Source: an uncultured Acidobacteriota bacterium
GTDB taxonomy: Bacteria; Acidobacteriota; Terriglobia; UBA7540
Assembly: GCA_963804995.1 (NCBI GenBank)
Contig: CAWDSK010000002.1
Coordinates: 224,001-288,000 of the forward strand
DNA length: 64,000 nt
Direction: 5' to 3'
The position numbers were made by a program, and so were the translations under genes. Positions 1 to 7,236 of this stretch are shown piece by piece (the first letter of the stretch is position 1; every line of letters starts with the position of its first letter). The notes beneath the pieces were generated by a model. It searched no databases and had not been told where the DNA came from. It saw nothing but the letters and a program-made list of their open reading frames with translations.

Positions 1-1
1 C

Positions 2-262
2 CTCAAGCATAGCGATGGTTCGCGCCTTGCGTCGGGGAAAACGTCTCAAGGGCCTCTCGGGCTGAAAATCATCAGAATTCCCCTATCCGAGGAAATTGCC
101 GTCGCCGCCGGAGATATGCTGAGAACCTATCGGCGAAGTCACGGGACTGAACTTGGCGATGCCTTGATTGCCGCGACCGCCGTCGAACTCGGCGCCACCC
201 TCGTCACCCGCAACGTCAAGCATTACCCCATGCCCGCGGTTGCGGTGCTCCGACCGTATTGA
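2..262 (+). CDS. PIN-domain (VapC-like) toxin, 5'-partial
   Basis: Manual translation ...IPLSEEIAVAAGDMLRTYRRSHGTELGDALIAATAVELGATLVTRNVKHYPM...RPY* carries the DALIAATA and LVTRNxKH motifs of PIN toxins; the frame is open from the window edge. Confidence 0.8.
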   Translation, partial: LKHSDGSRLASGKTSQGPLGLKIIRIPLSEEIAVAAGDMLRTYRRSHGTELGDALIAATAVELGATLVTRNVKHYPMPAVAVLRPY

Positions 263-457
263 GAGCATGATTCTGACCGCCAGGCATCCTGCGGCAAGTA
301 CGCGCTTGAAAACGTAGCGCAGGGCCCGGCCTACGGCCCCTTCGCTCTGCTCAGGGCAGGCTCTGCGGCTTTTCCACCGCGACGTGGTCTTGGCAGCGCG
401 GGATTGATTCTGCGCCATCGGGGTGATGGTCAAGGGGAAAGGGGGTGCGCATGCGAG

Positions 458-515
458 TCAGCGTCCGTACACCTCGCGCCGGTGCGCAATGCGGGTGATA
501 CTGACAATTACCCAC
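458..515 (-). pseudogene. RelE/StbE toxin remnant (internal deletion)
   Basis: A GTG overlapping the antitoxin end is followed almost directly, in another frame, by VIVSITRIAHRREVYGR*, the typical RelE C-terminus. Confidence 0.65.
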
Positions 516-699
516 GGAACCGCCCGCGTTTTACCAAGTCCGCTTTGATCTTCTCCAGCGGTATCCCCTTTTCGTGGCGGCGCGATTCGGAAATCAGCCC
601 GTCCCAAAAATCCTCTAACACCGCGCCGTACCTTTTCAGGTTGATTTGAACGGCCACCTTGCGGCCTTTCGCATCAGTTACGAACTGGATTCCGGTCAT
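508..699 (-). CDS. Putative type II antitoxin (RelE-partner type)
   Basis: 63 aa MTGIQFVTDAKGRKVAVQI...LEDFWD...IPLEKIK resembles small antitoxins found upstream of relE; it sits directly upstream of the RelE remnant. Confidence 0.65.
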   Translation of the reverse strand: MTGIQFVTDAKGRKVAVQINLKRYGAVLEDFWDGLISESRRHEKGIPLEKIKADLVKRGRFRG

Positions 700-987
700 A
701 GGCAGTGCACTCCTTGGGTCCTGTTCTCACTCTAATTTTGCCGCCTGTCTCTGTCAACCCAAAAGGATTTCACCACAGAGGTCACAGAGGTCACGGAGAT
801 CGAGCGAAGGAAAAGCTGCGAGCAAATATAATATTTACCGCCGAGGCGCTGAGACGCAGAGAAAAGGCCTTTGGATTTCAAGACTCTGTGCCTCCGCGCC
901 TCTGCGGTGAGTCCTGCCTGGGTTGCGGCTACGCACCGCTGCGCTAAGTGGTAGAATGCTCCCGATTCCCGCGTTCGGGAGGCGCCG

Positions 988-1368
988 ATGCGGCCCCGAT
1001 TATTCCTGCTTATCCTCATACCCCTGATTCTGACGCTGCCCCTGAGGGCACACCAGAAATTTGTAGCGCCGACCTTGAGAGCCTGCCCTGAGCTCGCCGA
1101 AGGGTCGGCTCTCAAGGTCAGCGCTAGGACAGCCGGAACCAGTCCCGGCCTCGACGGCAACCCGGCAAAGCCCTTTACGCGGGAGCAGGTCGAAGGCCTG
1201 GTGCGGGATGGATTGGGCGACGATTCGGGCGCAAAGCTGATCGAGCAGCGCGGGATTGATTTCGCCCCGTCTGAGGACTTTCTCCAAACCCTCAAGGCCG
1301 CAGGCGCGAGCGAGGCATTTCTTAAGGCGCTGAGCGCCGCCAAGCAAAGGGAAGGTCCACGGCCATAA
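988..1368 (+). CDS. Short exported hypothetical protein (possibly a truncated N-terminal domain), with an in-frame REP insertion
   Basis: Hydrophobic signal peptide; RGIDFAPSEDFLQTLKAAGASEAFLKAL helical motif; GTAG-REP at 1063-1127 lies inside the ORF. Confidence 0.5.
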   Translation: MRPRLFLLILIPLILTLPLRAHQKFVAPTLRACPELAEGSALKVSARTAGTSPGLDGNPAKPFTREQVEGLVRDGLGDDSGAKLIEQRGIDFAPSEDFLQTLKAAGASEAFLKALSAAKQREGPRP

Positions 1369-1485
1369 AAGCGGCGACCGTGCCGGCTTGTAATATGCCG
1401 ACTTGCGGGAGTATCCTTTGGCTCGTTTCATGGTAGGCGTGCTCACCGAGATTGCTTTGACCTCCTGTTCGGGACGGAGTTGAAT

Positions 1486-2998
1486 ATGACCCCTCGTCCG
1501 TGCGAAGCCCTCCGGGAAATCCAGCTTGGAAATAAGCAGATTCAAGACTTCGACAAACCACAGGTTTTTGAATCCGATTTATACAAACAATATGGCGTCA
1601 CGATTTCACACCTTCGGCAGCACCTGCGGGATTGCAAATCGTGCATTGCGTCCACCCCTATAGCGCAGAGCCAATTAATCCAATACGACGAAGTGCAGGC
1701 AGAGGAATTCAAGAATCTACTCGAATTGCTCGATCGATTTGTGATGGTGCGATTGGAATACGAAAACCAAATTGCTAGAGACCGGGCGACCGACCTCGTT
1801 TTCGGTGATTCGGAGGACCCCCCAGAGTTCGATCGTGCTGAGGCCCTCGCGGAAGCGTACCGCACAGAATGTTTTGAGGAGACCGAGCCGTGGATTTACC
1901 TGTGGGCGGTCCAAACACACGTCGGAGCGGGGGACATGGCGCTGGGCTGGTTGGAGACCCTAACCCCGCCCAGTTTCGCTCGAGTACTGCTTTTTACCGA
2001 TCGGCTCGAAAGTGGAGGTCATCCACTTCCAAGTCGGAGATTTACTTCCACAGCTGAGGGCAACAGGCGAAATACCAGGATTGCTGCATAAAGCAAGCCC
2101 CCGTTTCGGCCCCTTCCTGGTGCGTGCGCTTCTTCTTCACCAGGCATTCTCCGGACTGCTCCCCGACCTAAGCTGGGAAGATTTGGTTCATGAGGGCGGC
2201 AAACCCATAGACAAAAATCGAGACACGTTTGGCATTAGTTGGAAGAGTGTGTGGGGCGACTATTCGCTTCTCGCGGAGCTAATTGCTGACCAACTCGTCC
2301 GTCGCGTGGACATGTCTCAGAGTATCCAGGTGAAAGCAACGCCCTTCCCCCTGGGACCCGTAAGTAAGCCAGCCATTGAGAACGAGCCGAGTATGGCTGA
2401 CTTGCTTCAGGGCCAAACCGCAATCATGGCCCACATAATGGAGTTGGGAAAGGTCGTGTCTGACATCGAGAAGAAACTCCCTGCCGAATTGACCGGCTTG
2501 AACGAGATGCCTTTGTCGGACCTTATTTCAGCCGGAGAATCCTACAAGCTCGAGTTCAAAGCAAGCCTCTGTTGGAACTACAGACAGCAGCGGGCGGACA
2601 CGGACCTCAAGAAAGAAGTTGCCGTGGCTGTGGCGGCAATGCTGAATACCCATGGTGGAACTGTGCTTATCGGGGTGGCAGACGATGGGTCAGTTTGTGG
2701 TATTGAGCAGGATTGGCCTACCCTGCACAAGAAAGACCAGGATGGGTTTGGCCAAGCATTGAGCCAGACCATCTCTAATTTTCTGGGTCCCGAGTTTGCC
2801 GACTTGATCCACATTGGGTTTCAGAGCAGCAATCAGAAGACCGTGTGTCGCATTTCCATAAGAGCCAGCACTAGAGCTGTGTACATCAAGGAAAAAGAGG
2901 AAATGGAGTTCTACATAAGACTGGGTAACACCAGTCAGAGACTAAACACCCAGAAGACCCAGGACTACATCCGATGGCATTGGGGAAGTGGGGATTGA
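1486..2998 (+). CDS. Schlafen/AlbA_2-domain protein with a long uncharacterised N-terminus; split by an apparent frameshift near 2010 (or two overlapping ORFs, 1486-2091 and 2012-2998)
   Basis: C-terminal ESYKLEFKASL...AAMLNTHGGTVLIGVADDG...FYIRLGNTSQ is the AlbA_2 signature; removing one A at ctcgaaagtg fuses the two frames. Confidence 0.7.
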
Positions 2999-3006
2999 GG
3001 GCGGTT

Positions 3007-3558
3007 ATGAGCGACCAAATTAAGCGCGCAGTGTCGAAGGCCATCTCCACACTGATGAGGGATGATGGGACTCTTTTCGATTGTGCAATAGAGGAGGGAT
3101 TTGGCTACAACTCTAGAAAGCTGCACGAGGTATGCATAAATCATAGGCTCGCGATTTACCTCGAACAGGAAATTCTCCCAATTGTTAACGGGACCGATCA
3201 AAAATATTTCGTCGATATAGAGTTTAACAAAGAGGGAATTAATAAGAAGAAGATACTGCGATGCAACGGTCAGGAACTTGTCGTCAGGCCGGACATAATC
3301 ATTCACAATCGGAAATCCGGTGACCAGAAGGAAAACCTGCTCGTTGTGGAGTGCAAGAAAATTGGCGCGACGCGAGCGCAGATACGTAAGGATCGGGAGA
3401 GGGTGTTAGCGTTTATGCGGGACGTAAGGTACAACTACTCTCTCGGTCTCCAAGTGGTCTATGGAAAGGATGCGATTAAAGGAACTTTCTTTTACAAAGA
3501 CGGCAACCACATCATACCAGAAGAGATAGTACCAGCTAGCGACGCACTGGAACCGTGA
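3007..3558 (+). CDS. PD-(D/E)XK restriction-endonuclease-like protein
   Basis: HEVCINHRLAIYL, VDIEFNK and PDIIIH...NLLVVECKK motifs; lower GC than the flanks; gagg RBS before the ATG. Confidence 0.65.
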   Translation: MSDQIKRAVSKAISTLMRDDGTLFDCAIEEGFGYNSRKLHEVCINHRLAIYLEQEILPIVNGTDQKYFVDIEFNKEGINKKKILRCNGQELVVRPDIIIHNRKSGDQKENLLVVECKKIGATRAQIRKDRERVLAFMRDVRYNYSLGLQVVYGKDAIKGTFFYKDGNHIIPEEIVPASDALEP

Positions 3559-3742
3559 CGGCTTCAGAGGCTCCATTGTTCCGCCACCTCAGTTGCCGAG
3601 TACGGGGGGGGGCGAAGCGTTATGCATTTGCTGCGGCGCTGAGGCTGGTCCGAGCGGAAACAAATGACCAGTGCTGTTAGGCGTGTCGGGGGGACCTTCC
3701 CGATAGTGGTTGCCTGAAGTCGTTGTCCACGAGGTGGCCATA

Positions 3743-3892
3743 ATGGAAGACTTCACAGAAACAGACTGCCCATTCTGCCATGGGACGGGAAAAGTTCCTG
3801 GGGTTCCAGAGAAAAAGTGCGACTATTGCGGAGGGACGGGCAAGAGGCGAGTTGAAGAATTGCCACCGGGCAGTAACCCGTTTTCGGAATAG
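3743..3892 (+). CDS. Small protein with two DnaJ-type CxxCxGxG zinc-finger repeats
   Basis: CPFCHGTG and CDYCGGTG motifs; gaggtgg RBS upstream. Confidence 0.6.
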   Translation: MEDFTETDCPFCHGTGKVPGVPEKKCDYCGGTGKRRVEELPPGSNPFSE

Positions 3893-3921
3893 CGGGTAGG
3901 CACTGTCAGTGTTCTTATGAA

Positions 3922-4126
3922 TGTGGGCTTTTCCTTCGATGACGAACCCACGGTCAATTCCCAACACGAATTGGCCGTGGCCACCTCCGGGTCACACAAC
4001 CTCAGGCGCCGTTCGAATGGGTGAATGCAATCAAGAGATGTAGGGGTAGGGCTTGTCCTACCCGGCGTTCCGCAGGGTGAATGCGGAACCAGCGGGCGGT
4101 CCGTCGGTTGACGGATCCCCCTACGG
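3922..4126. repeat. ~200-bp structured direct repeat A, copy 1 (hairpin block plus GTAG-REPIN)
   Basis: Near-identical to 5248-5452 and 6221-6445. Confidence 0.9.
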
Positions 4127-4209
4127 CGAAGGGGGTTGCGGGCCTCGGGGTCAGTCTGGTAGCGCAGTGACCGCTCTTCGGCGCTGCGGCTCCTTCAGCG
4201 GGTCAGCCT

Positions 4210-4238
4210 TTGCCGTGGCGCTTGCGGTCAGTTATAAT
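4210..4238 (+). promoter_or_regulatory. Sigma70-type promoter of the relBE-like pair
   Basis: TTGCCG-N17-TATAAT, followed by an AAGGAGG RBS and ATG at 4258. Confidence 0.7.
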
Positions 4239-4257
4239 CTTAAGCAAGGAGGGCGCG

Positions 4258-4467
4258 ATGACTCAGGTCCCGATGGATGACGCAAGGCTGAAAGCGCTTT
4301 TCAAGACGGCCCTTGTGGAAGTGCTGGAGGAACGCAAAGACCTCCTGCGCGACGCGATTGAGGAAACTCTGGAGGATATTGCCTTGGCCCGCGCCATCGA
4401 GGAAGGCCGACGCACCGGGGAGGTAAGTCGCGAGGAAGTCTTTTCCGTTCTTGAGGGCGGACATTGA
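4258..4467 (+). CDS. Antitoxin of the RelE-like toxin
   Basis: 69-aa acidic protein (LEDIALARAIEEG...VSREEVF) overlapping the toxin start. Confidence 0.75.
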   Translation: MTQVPMDDARLKALFKTALVEVLEERKDLLRDAIEETLEDIALARAIEEGRRTGEVSREEVFSVLEGGH

Positions 4468-4730
4468 ACGTTCGCTTCCAAGCAAGCTTCGCCAAAGACC
4501 TGCGAGCGCTGAAAGACAAGGCCCTCCTGGAGCGAATTAAGGGACTGATTGCCAACGTTGAGGCCGCGCAAAGTCTGGCTGAGGTGCCGAACCTCAAGAA
4601 GCTGCGGGGTGGTGGCGGGTACTATCGCGTCAGAATAGGTGATTACCGGGTCGGATTGGCTACGGAAGAGGGAGTGATCGTTTTTGTAAGAGTGCTCCAT
4701 CGCCGTGAGGTTTACCGCTACTTCCCCTAG
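4464..4730 (+). CDS. relE: RelE/StbE family toxin
   Basis: SFAKDL, KKLRG, YRVRIGDYRVG and VLHRREVYRYFP motifs. Confidence 0.9.
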   Translation: MNVRFQASFAKDLRALKDKALLERIKGLIANVEAAQSLAEVPNLKKLRGGGGYYRVRIGDYRVGLATEEGVIVFVRVLHRREVYRYFP

Positions 4731-4741
4731 AGCGGTGAGGA

Positions 4742-4921
4742 ATGAAAGACTACTACGTTGCTCACGCTGGCCGTTATACGAAGTTCTGGCTGGCGCCTGT
4801 TGCACTCGCGGACAACCGAGGTTTCCGCGGCCACGAATTGACCGAAATCCGCCGGATCGTCGCGGAGAATGAAAAGTTCTTCCTGGAGAAGTGGCATGAG
4901 TACTTTGGTCGAGAGAGCTGA
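4742..4921 (+). pseudogene. DUF4160-family protein, apparently N-terminally truncated
   Basis: Manual translation MKDYYVAHAGRYTKFWLAPVALADNRGFRGHELTEIRRIV...LEKWHEYFG; lacks the usual N-terminal EPPH-H segment; overlaps the DUF2442 start. Confidence 0.7.
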
Positions 4922-5231
4922 GGCGCTCGCCGTAAATGTGTCGTGTACCGACGACGATCTGAGCGTGGTCCTGTCCGACGGTCGGACGGTGGCGGTTCCC
5001 CTTGCCTGGTTCCCGCGGCTCGTGGGGGCGTCGGCAAAGCAAAGAGCCGACTGGGAACTCATCGGCGGTGGCGTTGGTATTCACTGGGAGGCCGTCGACG
5101 AAGACATTTCGGTTGCCAGCTTGCTCCAACCGGAGAACTTCATGCGGCTGCCTGACAAGGCGCTGCGACCGACGAGCCCCGCCCCGCGCGGTGCCAGGAA
5201 GATCAAGCCTCTTCGCGCAGCTCGCGGATGA
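4896..5231 (+). CDS. DUF2442-family protein (DUF4160/DUF2442 TA-like pair)
   Basis: LSDGRTVAVPLAWFPRL...WELIGGGVGIHWEAVDEDISV signature. Confidence 0.85.
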   Translation: MSTLVERAEALAVNVSCTDDDLSVVLSDGRTVAVPLAWFPRLVGASAKQRADWELIGGGVGIHWEAVDEDISVASLLQPENFMRLPDKALRPTSPAPRGARKIKPLRAARG

Positions 5232-5247
5232 CAGGCGATCTCGCCGC

Positions 5248-5452
5248 GGTTTTCCAGACAAACCCACGGTCAATTCCCAAGGCGAATTGGCCGTGGCTAC
5301 CTCCGGGTCACACAACCTCAGGCGCCGTTCGAACGGGTGAATGCGATTACGCGACGGAGGGGTAGGGCTCCCGACTTCGTCGGGACAGGTTGCCCTACCC
5401 GGCGTTCCGCAGGGTGAATGCGGAACGAGGGGACGGCAAGCCGTCCCCCTTC
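5248..5452. repeat. ~200-bp direct repeat A, copy 2
   Basis: Aligns with copies 1 and 3; carries a 21-bp insertion at 5370-5390. Confidence 0.9.
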
Positions 5453-5539
5453 GCCTTACGCATCTCGATTATCAGCCATAAGGCGTCCTCCCTGCGAAAG
5501 GCCTTGTGGACATCGGGGTGATTTGTAATCGCCTAGACC

Positions 5540-5839
5540 CTACGCACGGCTTTCAGCCGGGGCATAGCGCTTGATCGAGATGTCCCGCGCGTGCTCGCGC
5601 GTTTTCGCCACGTCGTAAGCAAGCTGCATACGGAGAAGGTGATCCATGTCGGGGCCGAACGCCTTTTCGATGCGCAGGGCCATTTCCGCCGTCAATGCCG
5701 CCTTGCCGTGCAGAAGGTCGGAGAGTGTGGCGCGGCGCACTTTCAAAATCTCCGCCGCCTTCGACACGCTGAGGCCGAGGGCTTCGATGACTTCGGTTCT
5801 AATCAAGTCGCCCGGATGGGGCGGGTTCTTCATGGGCAT
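5540..5839 (-). CDS. higA: HigA family antitoxin
   Basis: PPHPGDLIR...LSVSKAAEILKVRRATLS...MALRIEKAFG...LRMQ. Confidence 0.9.
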   Translation of the reverse strand: MPMKNPPHPGDLIRTEVIEALGLSVSKAAEILKVRRATLSDLLHGKAALTAEMALRIEKAFGPDMDHLLRMQLAYDVAKTREHARDISIKRYAPAESRA

Positions 5840-5848
5840 TTCGGCCTC

Positions 5849-6139
5849 CTAGTGGTAGTCGATCAGGTCAATATCGCTGGAGGTGTTGGTCCGTTCGTCG
5901 TAGCGGAAAATCAACCGCCAGTTTCCCGTGACCGTCAGGCTCCATAATCCTTTCAGGTCGCCTTTAAGAGGATGCAGCTTCCATCCGGGAAACCGGCCGA
6001 GTTGCTCCAGCGTCGCAGCGGTTTCGAGACCAAACAGAAGCTTGCGCAGCTTGTCGGCCATCGCGGACGGCACCCCTTTGGCGTTTCCGTCCTCATGGAG
6101 CTGCCTTAGCCCTTTGTGGCGAAAGCGGACAAGTTGCAT
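5849..6139 (-). CDS. higB: HigB family toxin
   Basis: FRHKGLR...LHPLKGDLKGLWSLTVTGNWRLIF...DYH. Confidence 0.9.
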   Translation of the reverse strand: MQLVRFRHKGLRQLHEDGNAKGVPSAMADKLRKLLFGLETAATLEQLGRFPGWKLHPLKGDLKGLWSLTVTGNWRLIFRYDERTNTSSDIDLIDYH

Positions 6140-6156
6140 GTCATCCTTTCACCCTT

Positions 6157-6187
6157 CCAGTATGTACGGTTATACCGTACACGTCAA
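6157..6187 (-). promoter_or_regulatory. higBA promoter with palindromic operator
   Basis: TTGACG-N17-CATACT on the minus strand; the spacer holds the inverted repeat TGTACGGT-N3-ACCGTACA. Confidence 0.65.
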
Positions 6188-6220
6188 GCGTTTTATGGTG
6201 GAAGCCACGGTCACTGCTTT

Positions 6221-6445
6221 TGTCGGTTTTTTCTTCGATGACGAACCCACGGTCAATTCCCAAGACGAATTGGCCGTGGCCACCCCCAGGTCACACAACT
6301 TCAGGCGCCGATCGAACGGGTGAATGCAATCACGTGACGTAGGGGTAGGGCTCCCGACTTCGTCGGGACAGGTTGCCCTACCCGGCGTTCGGCAGGGTGA
6401 ATGCGGAACCAAGGGGACGGGTCGCCGCGGCGACTCCCCCCACGG
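6221..6445. repeat. ~200-bp direct repeat A, copy 3
   Basis: Aligns with copies 1 and 2; carries the same 21-bp insertion at 6353-6373. Confidence 0.9.
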
Positions 6446-6480
6446 CGCAAGGCCTTGCGCTACGTTATCAGCGCAAGTTC

Positions 6481-6825
6481 TCATGCTGGCATGGTTCGAA
6501 GCGCGCCTTGGTCAACAGGGGCGTGGGCGGTAGGGGGCTTTGGCACGTAGCGCTTTACCTTGATACTTGTCTCCCGGTCGCGAGCCTTGGCAATCTCGAA
6601 GGCAGTCTGCATCCGCAGCAAGGTGTCCATCCTGACGCCAAAAGCCTTCTCCACGCGCAGCGCCATGTCCGGCGAGAGCGCGGCGCGGCCGTTGAGAAGG
6701 GCGGAGAGCGCGGGCCGGGTTACGCCAAGGACCTGGGCGGCTTTGGTAACCGAGAGACCGAGAGGCTCAATGATCTCCATCCTGATGAATTGTCCCGGAT
6801 GGGCCGGGCGTGCCATGCGCATCAT
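6481..6825 (-). CDS. higA: HigA family antitoxin (second copy)
   Basis: PAHPGQFIR...LSVTKAAQVLGVTRPALS...MALRVEKAFG. Confidence 0.9.
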   Translation of the reverse strand: MMRMARPAHPGQFIRMEIIEPLGLSVTKAAQVLGVTRPALSALLNGRAALSPDMALRVEKAFGVRMDTLLRMQTAFEIAKARDRETSIKVKRYVPKPPTAHAPVDQGALRTMPA

Positions 6826-6840
6826 GGTTTTCGTTTCCTC

Positions 6841-7131
6841 CTAATGATAGTCCTCGTAATCGAGGTCGAGAATCTCGCCTTCCGTCGGGTCGATTCTGAA
6901 CGTAATCCGCCAGTTGCGGGTGACCGTAAGACTCCAGGTTCCCTTCTGGTCGCCCGTAAGCTGATGCGCTTTCCAGCTTGGCATATCACGAAGCTCCTGG
7001 GCGTCTTCCATCTCCTGCAAGAAAGTCAGAATGTTACGGACCTTCTCCACGACAGCCGGAGCCAAGCCGGAGGGATCATTGCGCTGAATGAAGCGCCGCA
7101 GTCCCCGATGAACCACGTTCCGGATTTTCAT
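6841..7131 (-). CDS. higB: HigB family toxin (second copy)
   Basis: HRGLRRF...HQLTGDQKGTWSLTVTRNWRITF...DYEDYH. Confidence 0.9.
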   Translation of the reverse strand: MKIRNVVHRGLRRFIQRNDPSGLAPAVVEKVRNILTFLQEMEDAQELRDMPSWKAHQLTGDQKGTWSLTVTRNWRITFRIDPTEGEILDLDYEDYH

Positions 7132-7161
7132 AAAGTTAGACTACACTAGAATGCGTAAACT

Positions 7162-7178
7162 GTAAAGCGACGCTTTAC
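7162..7178. promoter_or_regulatory. Putative HigA operator palindrome
   Basis: GTAAAGCG-A-CGCTTTAC just upstream of the second higB. Confidence 0.5.
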
Positions 7179-7236
7179 GGCAGGCAGTCAGGGTGCCGCC
7201 GCGGCGGAAGGTCCGCGCAACTTGCCAAACACTCCC

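Noticed and set aside
770..950. 9-bp CACAGAGGT/CTCTGTG runs as coding sequence or ncRNA
   Set aside because: Low-complexity inverted REP-like repeats; the overlapping ORFs have no protein-like features.
3922..4025. Repeat A as a duplicated protein C-terminus (…DDEPTVNSQxELAVAT…RRRSNG*)
   Set aside because: No parent gene is in the window and the upstream frames are shadows of other genes; hairpin conservation favours a non-coding element, though this is not excluded.
4263..5315. 350-aa minus-strand ORF
   Set aside because: It overlaps four recognisable plus-strand TA genes; shadow ORF.
3922..6445. CRISPR interpretation of repeats A (and B at 38.8-43.7 kb)
   Set aside because: The repeats are 75-200 bp and separated by kb-scale genes; there are no short regular spacers and no cas genes.
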